NCBI GenBank assembly: GCA_050613775.1 | Contig: JBODTK010000016.1 | Span: forward strand, 868,001-932,000 | Length of the DNA stretch: 64,000 bases | Origin: Neocallimastix sp. 'constans' | Taxonomy: Eukaryota | Direction of reading: 5' to 3' | In this document: in pieces, positions 12,301 through 23,683 of the stretch | Layout: each line of letters begins with the position of its first letter | How positions within the stretch are numbered: position 1 is the first letter of the stretch | Program-made: the position numbers and the translations under genes | Notes under the pieces: generated by a model | What the model was told of the DNA's origin: nothing | Database searches by the model: none | What the model saw: only the letters and a program-made list of their open reading frames with translations

Positions 12301-13664
12301 TTGATCTCCTTTCGTTCTCCAATGGTATTCTTTTATATGACAATCTTATTTATATTCCTGAATGCCTTAGATTTAAAATTCTTTGTTCTTGTCATGATTC
12401 TCCTACTGCTGGCCACTTTGGCATAAATAAAACCTCTGACTTAGTTTCTAGAAATTATTGGTGGCCTGGTATGCATAAGGATATTAAAAAATATATTCGT
12501 ACTTGTAATGTGTGCTGCGCTTCAAAAGCTCCTCGTCATAAACCTTACGGTTTACTTAAATCTTTACCCATTGGCAATAATCCTTGGGAATCAATTTCAA
12601 TGGATTTTATAACTGATCTTCCCTCTTCCAATGGTATGTCTTGTATTCTTGTCGTAGTTGATCGCTTTACGAAGATGGCTCATTTTGTTCCCTTTAAATC
12701 AGTTCCCTCTGCTGAGGATTGTGCTGAACAATTTCTTAATTCTATTTTCAAACTTCATGGTCTGCCAAAGGATATTGTGTCGGATAGAGGTACTCAGTTT
12801 ACTTCTAAATTTTGGAATAGATTATTTAATTTACTTCATGTTGATCTTTGTTTATCATCTGCTCATCATCAGCAAACTAATGGCCAAACGGAGAGGGTAA
12901 ACGCAATACTTGAACAATACTTAAGATGTTATGTTAATTATCAACAAAATAATTGGATGGAATATTTATCTCTTGCAGAATTTGCTTACAATAACACAAT
13001 ACAAGAATCTGCAAATGCTACTCCTTTCTTTCTTAATTATGGGTTAAATCCTAAATTTGATCCTTCTACTCCAGATGTTTCTATTGTCCCTCGTGCTGAA
13101 ATTATTGCTAAAGACTTAAAAGAATTAAGAAATGTACTTAAAGAAAATCTTCAAAGTGCAGTTAATTTTCAAAAAAAATATTATGATGATAAACATATGT
13201 CTCCGCCTGAGTTTAAAGTTGGCTCAAAAGTTTGGCTGTTAAGGAATGATTTAATAAATAATAAAAAAGGTAAACTTGCTCCTAAGAAATCTGGTCCATT
13301 TACTATTTTAAAGAAAATTTCAGATGTAAGTTATAAATTAAAGTTACCAAACTCTTTTAGGGTCTTTCCAGTTTTCCACGTTTCACTTCTTGAGCCAGCC
13401 TATGAAAATGAATTTACAGAAAGAAATATCCCAACTCCAAAACCTATTATACTTAATGGAGAAAAAGAATATGAAGTTGAATCTATTCTTGATTCAAAGA
13501 AATTTCATAACAAAATTAAATATTTAATTCATTGGAAAGGTTATGATGATTCTGAAAACTCATGGGAACCTTTTGAGAATCTTCATTGCAATAAACTTCT
13601 TGCCGAATTCCACAAGAAGTTTCCAAATAAACCAAAACCTAAGACGTCTGGAATCCGTCTCTAA
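9336..13664 (+). CDS. Gag-Pol polyprotein with chromodomain, second identical copy
   Basis: Protein identical to 2355-6683. Confidence 0.98.
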   Translation: MSSSSNDFHFNGDSAKLKGFLAYVGLAIALRPEYFTNDPLKVAYTITLLRDEAMDWAADLMNENNPVLDDFNAFIELMKDRFSDVDAVFNCNQALMHIKQKVYGKVTDYNNEFRRLSEKTDWNEFALMDAYIEGLLPRLQERVISLFPPPAKLSELMRITNRIDHQMTRFATINNYNSRNNSNNNNNSRNNRKYFRFNSSNNRNANSNSFFKSNNDSNYSHLSPEERARRIKEGLCLYCGQSGHKLINCPKRANKPGSSHMARSNSSKKFNKDCIIKCSFNYKNKWIKAKALIDSGSDLNLMDSNFAKINNFKLVHDNLEADNITGIGGGKDVVGKTIPILFKVSNLQVLTEFFVIDLNDKFECLIGSRFLKENKSSIDFNNNILSFCNSNNNASDSSFVESIPSTSVNSTSLSLTSNTSDSISSKSAYSSSYTPNNSLFDNSSISPSVLKNSIASSPNMDTPNKTLPAIYLEFSDVFSEEEAKILPPHSSFDCAIDLKPNTKLYYSAIYPLTIPEEIALEKIIKDYLKYGFIVRSKSEAGHPILFAPKDNGELRMCIDLRKLNEITIRDSYPMPLTTVIFNKAPGHKYYSKLDLKSAYFQIRIRSGDEYKTAFVCSLGHFEFRVMPFGFKNAPACFQRMIDTALSDYLGKFCYAYIDDIIIFSDDLSEHHLHVKKVLLQLRKFHLHVNLEKCEFDKFEVKFLGYYVSSDGLKMDIKKVSAILDWPAPTTVKEVQSFLGLANFYRRFIKNFAKIAYPLNKLTRKNVPFVWSKDANDSFELLKRSFTSAPILIPVDPNSQFFVETDASNFALGCILSQVSSKDNKLHPIAFYSRAFTSAECNYPIYDKELLAIKTAFETWRYYLEGAKNTIKVLTDHRNLLYFKKPEQLSQRLIRWSMFFTRFDFQIEYRPGSRGGKPDALSRRPDYDNHESAKPYQVLKPENFCFTSRISIESNLQDEIKKCYSKDPFFNNVKIYFEKPSANEKPIASVDLLSFSNGILLYDNLIYIPECLRFKILCSCHDSPTAGHFGINKTSDLVSRNYWWPGMHKDIKKYIRTCNVCCASKAPRHKPYGLLKSLPIGNNPWESISMDFITDLPSSNGMSCILVVVDRFTKMAHFVPFKSVPSAEDCAEQFLNSIFKLHGLPKDIVSDRGTQFTSKFWNRLFNLLHVDLCLSSAHHQQTNGQTERVNAILEQYLRCYVNYQQNNWMEYLSLAEFAYNNTIQESANATPFFLNYGLNPKFDPSTPDVSIVPRAEIIAKDLKELRNVLKENLQSAVNFQKKYYDDKHMSPPEFKVGSKVWLLRNDLINNKKGKLAPKKSGPFTILKKISDVSYKLKLPNSFRVFPVFHVSLLEPAYENEFTERNIPTPKPIILNGEKEYEVESILDSKKFHNKIKYLIHWKGYDDSENSWEPFENLHCNKLLAEFHKKFPNKPKPKTSGIRL

Positions 13665-13673
13665 GGGAGAGAG

Positions 13674-14316
13674 TTATAACAGAATCAATAATTACAATTA
13701 TTTTATTATTTTAATATTTAGTATTATTTTTCAATAAAGTTTTAAAACAAATAATTAAATTTAAAAAATATTATTTCTGGTATAGTTGTTAGTAACTAAT
13801 ACCATGAATCAAACTACTTAGGGTTCGATTCACATTTATTATTATTTTATAGTTTTATTCTAAAAAATATCTAGAAGATTCTTTATAGTTCAAGAAATTA
13901 CTAGAATTTCTTGATAATTCTTGTGTTTAATTAATTAAAATTTATTCTATTAAATTCTTAATTCTATTGTTTTCTATTTTTTCTAAATTTTTCGATTTTT
14001 AAGAACTTTTTAGAAACTTTTATTTTTATTTTTTAATAACTTTAACTTTTGAAAAAAATATAAATATGAGTAAAATTCTTATTAACAAATATTCTTTTCT
14101 TTGTGTTTTTTATTTTAATTTTGTTTAGTTAATAAAACTTAATTTTTAATAAAACTTTTTTTAATATTAATACTATATCAACCCTTGCGGCTTATAGTAT
14201 TATAATAAATATAATTAATAAAATAATTATAATAAAAGAAAAAAAATAAATAAAAAATAAAATAATTTTTGTTTTTTTTTGAGTGTTATTATATTTATTA
14301 TAATATTTTGTTATAA
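13674..14316 (+). repeat. Element A LTR (third, 643 bp)
   Basis: Same sequence and termini as 6693-7335. Confidence 0.65.
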
Positions 14317-15124
14317 TAAAAAACACCCAAGATTTAGACGCCGTGCCTTGATATATCTACCCTTTTGTTTGGTTTGAAGCTTTCTTTTGGAATTAGTGTC
14401 TACTGCCTTTTTGTTTTCTTTTTGGACTTTATTTTTTGAATCTCTCGGATTTTCTGTTTCCTTTGTTTTTGGTTTCTGTTTGGCTACTTATCTTATTGGC
14501 TTCAGGTTTCCACTTTTGGTTAGATTCTTTCTGTTTGCCTTGGATTTCTTATTTTTGGTCTTGGTTTCTGTTTCCATTGGTTTCAGATTTCTTAGTTTTG
14601 GACTTGGTTTTTGTTTCCATTGGTTTCGGGTTTCTGATTCTTGGTTTCTACTTTTGGACAAAATCTCTTCTTCTCTTAGTCTCTGATATCTTCTTTGGGT
14701 TCAGCCTTGCTTCTTGAATCTACTTTTTTTTTTTAAAAAATAAAATTCTCGGTTTTTGGTATTAATAGCAAACTCACAATAATACCAAAATCTATCTAGG
14801 CGAAAAAAAAAAAAATTTTGATATAAAAAAAAAAAAAAAAAAAAAAAATTCTTTAAGAAGTTCTACAGTTCTTGAGACTTTTTAAAGAATATTACAGGTA
14901 AATATAATATTTAAATATACTAGGAGCGATTAGAGCTCATAAACAGAGTTTCGGCGGTTAGTAACTGTAAAGATATTATTAATATCTTTATAAATTTTAA
15001 TTAAATTTAATCATAAATTTAAGTAAAATTGAAATAAATCTATTAAAAATCACGTGTATAAAATTATTGCAAATAATTTTAAACAAAACTTCGACTTCTT
15101 CCCAATCACATTAATAAATTAAAA

Positions 15125-15822
15125 ATTATCTAAAAACTGTCAAAGTTTTAAGATAATTTGGTCTTAACGATTAGGTCAAGATGCCAAATTATAGTAATTA
15201 ATTAATAACTTAATTTTGCTCTTATTTAAAACATATTGTTATTAGTAAATTTTATAATTAAAATTTTTATTTAAAATATAAATTTTATTTAATCTTAATA
15301 ATATTTTATTACATTATTATTTTATATAATTATTACTATAATTTAAATTACAATAATCCTACAAAGGATTAATCAAAAGAATTTAAACATGTATTTATAT
15401 AAAATAATTAATTATTAAAATATTAATTATTAATATGAATATGTAAATAATATTAATATAAGTTTGATATTGATAATATAAAGTTAGATAATAATATAAA
15501 TATTTAATATAAATAAAATATAAGAATCAAATATTGCTAAATATTATAATTTATAATTAAAATATAATATGTAGAAATTAATTTAATATGACAATCACGT
15601 GTTTACATTATTTAATATATATTAAATTCAATATGTTAATAATATTTAGTAATTAGTTGGCCTAGACTAATTCCTAAATATTTTAATAAAGTTAATTTAA
15701 TAATAATTATTATATTATTATTATTTATTAATATTGAAATTCAAATAACTGAATTATCGAAATTGAAATTGAATTGAAATTCAGTTATTATCTTAACAAA
15801 AACTTTGACAAGTAAAGAATTA
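15125..15822. mobile_element. Possible foldback/MITE-like element at the truncation point of element A copy 3
   Basis: TGTCAAAGTTTTAAGATAA (15138-15156) is an imperfect inverted repeat of TTATCTTAACAAAAACTTTGACA (15788-15810). Internal hairpins at about 15155-15191 and 15744-15789. No TSD found. Confidence 0.4.
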
Positions 15823-15853
15823 TTAATAATAAAATAAAGGTTATTAATTCATT

Positions 15854-16641
15854 TGGTATGGTTCATATAATTTTAGGAATATAATAATAATTAACACAAA
15901 TAATAAAATTACAATAAAAAAAATTAATTTGTTTTAAAATCAATATTTATTTATTTAAATTTATAAAAGAAAAATAATAATATAATTATTTATTTAATAA
16001 AAAGAAAGTTATTGATTATATTTTATTTCACTAAAATTACATGTATTTATATTTTTTTATCAAATTAAAATTTGTAAAGCCTAACTATTTTTTTAATAAA
16101 CTAATTACTAATTATTTTTATAAATAAAACATTTAAATTGAAATTGAATTATTATTTTAGTTAATAATATTATTGTTATAAATAGTAGTTATATATTATT
16201 GAATTATTAATTATTTAATAATAGTTTAATACTAATATATATAAAATAAAAATAAAGAGATTATACAGAATATTTTATTGTGGTTTAGTTAAATTTAGTA
16301 ATTAAAAATAAATTTAAATTGATAACGAAAATTTTAATAACTAATTAAATAGATTTGATTATTTTCAATATAACATAATACAAAAGAAATATAATATTAA
16401 TATATTAAGTGGGCAAGGACAATATTCTTGGCTAAAGATTTTTAATACATTATAATGGAATCGGATCGATAATTCAAAAAGGAATTATAAGTTAATTAGT
16501 GATTTATTAACTTTAGATTTCTATTTAGTAATATTTGAAGAATATTGGAAAGTTCCAATTATATAAAATAGAATAATCTATAAGGTTAGAATAATTTATA
16601 TTATTCTAGCACAATTAGTATTATTTGTTCATTCTGTATTA
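15854..16641 (-). mobile_element. Putative degenerate solo LTR
   Basis: Flanked by CATT (15850-15853 and 16642-16645). Termini TGGTATGG...CTGTATTA resemble element B LTR termini TGATACGT...CTGCATCA, mostly by transitions. Confidence 0.45.
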
Positions 16642-16645
16642 CATT

Positions 16646-17248
16646 TGGTACAGGACTTTTGAAATGGATGGATGTATAATAATATATTGGTAAATAGATA
16701 GTGGACGTATAAAAATTACGAAAAACTTATACAATATTTATTTATTTATTTATTGATTATTTATTAATTTATTTATTTAAAAATTTATTTAACTATATAT
16801 TATTCATCCATTTATTTATTTGTTCATTTATTTATTTATTCCTCCATTACATAAAAAAAAAGAAAAGAGAGAGATTTAAAATAATATTATTACAAAATAT
16901 TTTATAAATTTTGGTAATACATTGATTAGTTAAAAATAATTTTGTGTAACAATAAAATAATAATAAAATTTTAGATATGAATATTAATAATAAAAATAAT
17001 AAAAAAATTTATAATATAAAATAAAATTTATCAAATGTATAATAAAAATATAATAAGAATATAATAAAATATTTATTTTATAGCAAAATATTAATAATTA
17101 ATAATATATATATTTATATAATAATAAAGGAAATATTGATAAAGTTAATAAAGATAATAATTAATTAATAAAATAGATTTAAAACATATTTATATGGAGA
17201 AATATTAAAATTATTATAATTTAAGGTATTTGGGTAAATACCGTATCA
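16646..17248 (+). mobile_element. Putative solo LTR (603 bp)
   Basis: TG...CA termini (TGGTACAG...CCGTATCA) resemble element B sense termini (TGATGCAG...ACGTATCA); flanked by CATT on both sides. Confidence 0.65.
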
Positions 17249-17252
17249 CATT

Positions 17253-17805
17253 TGATACGTTATTTCTATAAGTATCAATGTTTTTGTGGTTAGCAAGATT
17301 GTATTAAATAAAAATATATTCTAATATAAAAATATATAATTACAATACACGTTAATATTAAAACAAAATATAAAAAAATTATAGTTTTGTCGTTTTATTT
17401 ATTTATTTAAATTATTTATGTCGTAATACAAATTTTATAATAAAATGTTATTAAAGATCTTATTAATTATTTATTTCTAACTAACTTATTACTATTAAAA
17501 TTTTTGATAAATAAATATATTCCCCAAATATATTTATTTTAACCAATTTTATCTCTATTTTTTTCCAAATAAAAAAACCTCCTTTTTTTTTTTTTTTTTA
17601 AAGAATTATAATAATTTTTCTTTTATATTTCTAATTTCTAATTTACTATAAATTAAATCCTATTGGCTATTAACTAATTAAATAAATTTAATAATTTTTA
17701 TATTACTATTTATTATTATAATATACATATATAATTTAACTAATTATTTATTATATTTAATTTTATTTCTTGATAATATTCTCTTTTTATTTAAATACTG
17801 CATCA
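17253..17805 (-). repeat. Element B 3' LTR
   Basis: Direct repeat of 25155-25707; preceded on the minus strand by the G-rich tract GCGGGGGCGTCT. Confidence 0.95.
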
Positions 17806-17893
17806 AGACGCCCCCGCTTAGCCTAGACTTCGTCCCTTGAAGTCCTAAAAAAATATATATATATATATATATATAAATCCATTTAAATTTGCT

Positions 17894-17953
<60 letters not shown>

Positions 17954-18063
17954 AATTAATCTTTGTTCAAAAAAAAATTTTATATGAATTATTATTATTT
18001 TATTGGTCAATTATTAATTCATTAAACATGTGAAGTTTATCAATGTAAATGTCTTATTCATGG

Positions 18064-18126
<63 letters not shown>

Positions 18127-19020
18127 TTAGGTATGTATATTATGTTATTATTGTTATTATTATTATTATAATATATTTAAATTGATGATTACATATTTAA
18201 ATTGATAATTACATTCAATAATTATTTTTATTAATTGATTTAATTTCATTGTTACCATTTGTTATATAAATATATATATATTTGGAAATATCGTATAATT
18301 TAGAATTTATAACGTCAAATTTCTTTGTCAAATCTCATTATGTTCACATTATTTTCTTTTCGCCATGTACTTTTTTAATTATCATTAATATGTATTATAA
18401 TCATTATTATCCAAATAAAATTATAATTAAAAAAAATAAAATAATCTTTTGAATCAATGTCTTAATTTAATGTTGAACCTATGGTTTTAAAATATATACT
18501 ATTATTATTTTTGTATATTATTATATAATTATATTTATCTATAACATTCATATTATTTTATATTATAATACTATCTATTTTGTTATTTTAGTTAATAATA
18601 TATATTATTATACTATCTTTTTGTTATTTCATCTATATTTTATTATTTTACTCAATATATAATATTTATATTATTATACTATCTATTTGTTATATTATCA
18701 ATATTTTATTATTTTACTCAATATATAATATTTATATTATTATACTATCTATTACGTTATATTGTCTATATTATAGTTAATTATACTATCTATACTATCT
18801 ATGTTTATATATTTTATTATTATATCTAATATAATCAGTTCTTATATATAATTATTATTATTATTATTATTATTATTTTTTTTTTTTTTTTTTTTTTTTT
18901 GAGATAAAATTTATCAAATGTTAAGAAATGAATAAAATAAATTTCAAAATTATAAGTTTTAAATTCAGATTTTGAAATTTCAATTTTGAGGTTTTGAAGT
19001 TTCAATATAATTTAATTATT

Positions 19021-19054
<34 letters not shown>

Positions 19055-19090
19055 CTGTTAATTTTTTTTTTTGTATATATATATGTATCC

Positions 19091-22000
19091 TTATTCTTCT
19101 AAATTCAATTCTGTGAAATATGGAATAATATTTTTTAAATGAATGTTTCTATCAGCAACTTCTCCAGTTACTGGATCGCAAACTGTTACTGTATTGAACT
19201 CTTGTTTTACGATCTTTAGTGGGCCAGTGGAAAACGGATCCAGCTTCTTTCTGTTGAACAATTTGACCAAAACAAGATCACCTGGCTTATACTTTGCTCT
19301 CATTCTTTTTATTTGTTTTCTACGATCTTCCCACAACTTGTTTGCTGTTTCAATGTTCTTTATTGCTTCACGGATCCAACGGTCATGGTTAATAAATTTC
19401 CTCAGCCAAAATTCTTCTTCGTCTTCCCAGTCATTTTTGGATTCGACATTAACAGTGAGTTCGAATGGTTGTAAGTCTCTCCGATCATACAACAATTCAA
19501 AGCTGCTGTGCTTCGTAACTTCATTCTTGCACGTTCTTAAAGCCCAAAGAGCACTATAAAGTGTTTCGTCCCACTGCGAATCCTCTTCTCCGAGTAACCT
19601 GAGATACTTACCTATTTCCCTATTTCTGTTTTCTACTTCTCCATTAGACGAGGGGTGATAGGTTGCTACATAATTTACATAAATGTCGTTAAGGTCCAAA
19701 AATGCTTTTGTCTTATCGGAAGTAAACTGTGGACCATTGTCAGTAACTAAAATTTCAGGAACACCATGTCGTGCAAATATTTTCTTGAGAAAATTTATTA
19801 CATCTTGAGATTCGGCAGATTGTAAGGGTTCTGCTTCCACCCATTTGGTAGGATAATCTACTAATACAATTATATATCTATTACCTTTATTTGTTATAGG
19901 TAACGGTCCTATTAGATCCAACCCAACTCTTGAGAAAGGATATTCAGGTACAGTTGCGATATTTTCGGTATATTTATTTAATTTTTGTGGTCGACAAGTT
20001 TGACACTTGTGACAACATTTTATTAGTATTTGTATATCTTTTTTCATATTTCCCCAGTAGTAATCCCTCTTCAGTCTGCTATAAGTTTTATAAGCTCCTT
20101 CATGGCCTAGACCATGGGCTTCTTCGATTAATTTTTGCTTCTCTTCTTTGTTGTGAACTATTCTTCTCAGTTGTTCTCCTTGTTTAAGATATTCCACACC
20201 ATCAATATTTATAATTCTCTTATTTATAAATTCATTCATAAATTTATTTATACTATCATTGCTATTATTGGATAAAACATCATTGTTTACTAATGCATTT
20301 AATATTTCTTTATTTTCATGTATTTCTTTTGTAGGTAACCTAGATAAAGCGTCAGCAATAACGTTCTTCTTCCCCTCTTGAAATTGGACTTGAACATTTA
20401 ATATTGATAGTTCAGTAACCCATTTAAGGTGGCGATTATTTGAAGGCTCTCTATTAGCAAATATACTAACCAAGGGTTTATGGTCTGTATAAACGATAGT
20501 GGTAAAAGGGCTTCCACTAAAATAGGGTTTAAATTTTTTAACACAATGAAATATTGCTTTGCCTTCTAAATCAGTAACACTATAATTAGATTCAGCAGCG
20601 GAAAGAGTTCTACTTTCAAAATATATGGGGATTTCAATTGAATTTTCATTTGTTTGGAGAAGTACTCCACCAAGTCCATCTCTGGAAGCATCTGTTCGGA
20701 TAATAAATGGTTTAGAATAATCAGGAGGAGTTAAAATAGGGGCAACCGTTAGTGACATTTTTAATTTTTCAAAGGCTATGTTGCACTTTTCGGACCATTC
20801 ATACGGTACATCTTTCTTTAAGAGGTTAAACAGAGGATTTGCAATCTGAGCAAAATTTTTAATAAATTTCCGATAATAACCAACAGCTCCCAAAAATGAT
20901 TTAAGTTGAGTGATATTTTTAGGGGGTAGCCAGTTAATTATAACTTTAATCTTATCAGGAATCGGGGCAATACCTTTTGTGGATAATACATGACCAAGAA
21001 GGACTACTTCTTCTTTGAAAAAAGAACATTTTTCTAAGTTTATTTTCAAACCATTGTCTGCTAGGATTTGGAATACTTTAGTAAGATGAGTAATGTGTGA
21101 TTCAATTGAGTCAGAAAATATTACTAAATCGTCAATGTAAACAAATAAGCATACTCCAATCAAGTCAAAAAAAATCCGGTTCATTTCACGTTGAAATGTA
21201 GCCGGTGCATTACATAGCCCAAACGGCATCACACAAAATTTATAGTTTCCAAACATCGTTGTGAATGTTGTTTTATCTTTATCATCAGGATTCATTGGAA
21301 CCTGATGATAACCAGAAAAAAGATCAATAGTAGAGAGTATTTTAGCGTTCTTTCCAATAAACATTAATATGTCATCAATTAAGGGCAAAGCATAGGAATC
21401 CTTAATAGTTATATTGTTTAAAGCCCTAAAGTCGACACACATTCTCCAGTCGCCGTTTTTCTTTGGAACTAGTACTACTGGAAATGCCCATGAAGAGTAG
21501 GATGGCTCTATTAGTTTGTTTTCTATTAGCTTAATCAAAATTTCCTTTAGAGCTTTTGTTTGCGCTTTGGATAAACGGTAAGCTTTTAACTTTATGGGTG
21601 AAGATTTTGGAATTAATTCAATCCTGTGAGGTAATAATTTTGACCTTCCTAAATCATCTGTTTTAATTGCAACTACATTTTTAAATTTAAAAAATAATTT
21701 ACTAATTTTATTTTTAAATTTATTAGGAACAGAAGATATTATTTCGTTAATTAAATGTTCTTTCGTGTTAGGTAATTCATTAGTGTTCGTAATTTCTTTA
21801 TCATTGGTAACTGTAATTGTTAATAAAAAAGGTTCAGATTTTGTATTTTGATGTTTTTCTATATCCTCATTATCCTTGTAAGTATTATTAAGATTGATAT
21901 CATAAAATAGATCTGCTAGTTTAATGTAATTATTATTTTCATCAATATAATATAAAGTATCATCTACTAAGTTAATATCAAATCTATTATTCTTTAGAGA

Positions 22001-23587
22001 ATCAACACCAATTAAGATATCGAAAATATCATCCTTTTCTATTATTCTGAAATATTCATTAAAAGTTTTACTACCAATAGAAATCTGTAAGTCATAGATA
22101 TCACTCTCTGTTGAAGAATTAGAGTACGCTTGAAATATTGTTTCAGAAATTCTACCAATAGAAGGTTTGTTGATTTTTAATTTATTTAAAGCAGAACGTG
22201 TGATAAAGTTGACACTAGCACACGTATCTAAAAATATTTCACAGTCATTATTTTCTACTTTACCGCAAACTTTAATTATTTTATGTTTTGTGATAACCGT
22301 CATCACATTTGTTATTGTTTGTTTAGGCGCTAATTTTAAAGCTTTTAAAAATTCTGTACGGAATTTTGGAAAAAGATCTAAAAGGTAAACTAATTTTGTT
22401 ATTACATCAGTTGATGCAATTTCTTTTATTAAATCTTGAATATAATAATCACCAAATTTTTCCATAAGTTTGATGTGTTTTTCAGGTTTCTTAAAAGAAG
22501 TTTCACTTTGCTCAATGTCGGTATTTATTTTCTTAGCTTTATTTTTTATATCTTTGATTTTTTCTTCCCTATTTTTACCTTTAACATTTCGAATATTTTT
22601 CTCTGTTATAAAGGAAGGATCAAGATATTCTAGTTTTTCTGTTTTACGATTTTCACTATTAGAGACCATATCCGGGTTTTCCTTAATTATATTATTAAAA
22701 TTCTTAGATCTACCAGGTAAAATATTATTATAATTTTTAGAGTTATAATTTTCTTTATCAGCATCATTATCTTCATCATCTTCAGATTCTTCTATCATAA
22801 TTACATCTTCATTAGGTTCTATATCTTCTCGTTCAACCCTTTGGGTATTGCTTGTATTGTTATGAGTATTATCATCATTATTGGTGACAGTATTTTCTTT
22901 AAAATAGTCGTAAGTATTATTTTCCTTATTTTCATTAAAATCATTATTACTATTATAATTATCTATAGTATTATTATTTTTATTATCATTATTCGCATTA
23001 TCGTTATAATTGTCTATATTATGATTAATTTTATTATTATTATTCTTATTATTGTTTTCATATTCATTATTCTTATTATTCTTATGATTATTAATATTAT
23101 TATAATTATTATTAGCATTTGTATTACTATAATCGATATTATTTTTATTATTAATATTATTATTATAATTATTATTAATACTATTATAAGTACTAATTTT
23201 ATTATCACTAGTATTATTATTAATATTATTATGACTCATAGCTGCCGTTTGTATTGGTTTTGGATTGTCCTTTAAATTAAATCTCACTTCCTTTCTATTG
23301 TATGGCTTTTCATTATGTTTGTTTAATTTATTTCTTGAATTTCGAGTAGCGGCTGCTATAATTTCAATTGGTCTATTTAATGTATTTTGTGTAGTGTTAC
23401 TATTATTGTTTATATTAAGGTCATTACATTTTTGTTTTTCTTTAATATTATTATTAATTATAGGTAATATTGTTTGATCGTCTACCATTGTCATTATATT
23501 ATTATTATTATTATTATTATTATATGAGTCGTTATTTTTGAACATTATTTTATTATTATTATTATATGAGTCATTATTTTTGAACAT
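19091..23587 (-). CDS. Pol of element B (Asn-rich spacer, protease, RT, RNase H, integrase); frame open back to the slippery site at about 23683
   Basis: FLDTCAS; MPFG; YIDD; IRTDAS; HGLGH..CHKC; GLDL, TDNG, GEVE. No chromodomain. Confidence 0.97.
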   Translation of the reverse strand: MFKNNDSYNNNNKIMFKNNDSYNNNNNNNNIMTMVDDQTILPIINNNIKEKQKCNDLNINNNSNTTQNTLNRPIEIIAAATRNSRNKLNKHNEKPYNRKEVRFNLKDNPKPIQTAAMSHNNINNNTSDNKISTYNSINNNYNNNINNKNNIDYSNTNANNNYNNINNHKNNKNNEYENNNKNNNNKINHNIDNYNDNANNDNKNNNTIDNYNSNNDFNENKENNTYDYFKENTVTNNDDNTHNNTSNTQRVEREDIEPNEDVIMIEESEDDEDNDADKENYNSKNYNNILPGRSKNFNNIIKENPDMVSNSENRKTEKLEYLDPSFITEKNIRNVKGKNREEKIKDIKNKAKKINTDIEQSETSFKKPEKHIKLMEKFGDYYIQDLIKEIASTDVITKLVYLLDLFPKFRTEFLKALKLAPKQTITNVMTVITKHKIIKVCGKVENNDCEIFLDTCASVNFITRSALNKLKINKPSIGRISETIFQAYSNSSTESDIYDLQISIGSKTFNEYFRIIEKDDIFDILIGVDSLKNNRFDINLVDDTLYYIDENNNYIKLADLFYDINLNNTYKDNEDIEKHQNTKSEPFLLTITVTNDKEITNTNELPNTKEHLINEIISSVPNKFKNKISKLFFKFKNVVAIKTDDLGRSKLLPHRIELIPKSSPIKLKAYRLSKAQTKALKEILIKLIENKLIEPSYSSWAFPVVLVPKKNGDWRMCVDFRALNNITIKDSYALPLIDDILMFIGKNAKILSTIDLFSGYHQVPMNPDDKDKTTFTTMFGNYKFCVMPFGLCNAPATFQREMNRIFFDLIGVCLFVYIDDLVIFSDSIESHITHLTKVFQILADNGLKINLEKCSFFKEEVVLLGHVLSTKGIAPIPDKIKVIINWLPPKNITQLKSFLGAVGYYRKFIKNFAQIANPLFNLLKKDVPYEWSEKCNIAFEKLKMSLTVAPILTPPDYSKPFIIRTDASRDGLGGVLLQTNENSIEIPIYFESRTLSAAESNYSVTDLEGKAIFHCVKKFKPYFSGSPFTTIVYTDHKPLVSIFANREPSNNRHLKWVTELSILNVQVQFQEGKKNVIADALSRLPTKEIHENKEILNALVNNDVLSNNSNDSINKFMNEFINKRIINIDGVEYLKQGEQLRRIVHNKEEKQKLIEEAHGLGHEGAYKTYSRLKRDYYWGNMKKDIQILIKCCHKCQTCRPQKLNKYTENIATVPEYPFSRVGLDLIGPLPITNKGNRYIIVLVDYPTKWVEAEPLQSAESQDVINFLKKIFARHGVPEILVTDNGPQFTSDKTKAFLDLNDIYVNYVATYHPSSNGEVENRNREIGKYLRLLGEEDSQWDETLYSALWALRTCKNEVTKHSSFELLYDRRDLQPFELTVNVESKNDWEDEEEFWLRKFINHDRWIREAIKNIETANKLWEDRRKQIKRMRAKYKPGDLVLVKLFNRKKLDPFSTGPLKIVKQEFNTVTVCDPVTGEVADRNIHLKNIIPYFTELNLEE

Positions 23588-23648
23588 TGTTTTATTATTA
23601 TTATTATATGAGTCATTATTTTTGAATATTATTTTATTGGTTTGGTTA

Positions 23649-23683
23649 ATGGAAGTTGTCCTTCTCCCATCTATTGGTTTAAA
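23649..23683 (-). promoter_or_regulatory. -1 ribosomal frameshift signal (U UUA AAC plus hairpin)
   Basis: Heptamer at 23683-23677 is in the gag frame; AUGGGAG/CUUCCAU stem lies downstream; pol is in the -1 frame and open across the junction. Confidence 0.85.

Larger units (their letters stand above)
1..15127 (+). mobile_element. Head-to-tail array of a Ty3/Gypsy chromovirus (element A): LTR-internal-LTR-internal-LTR plus a truncated third leader
   Basis: The sequence repeats with a period of 6980-6981 bp, and the only difference I saw is a poly-A length. It contains two identical 1442-aa ORFs. Identity of the third copy stops at 15127, equivalent to position 1166. The array starts upstream of the window. 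Confidence 0.95.
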
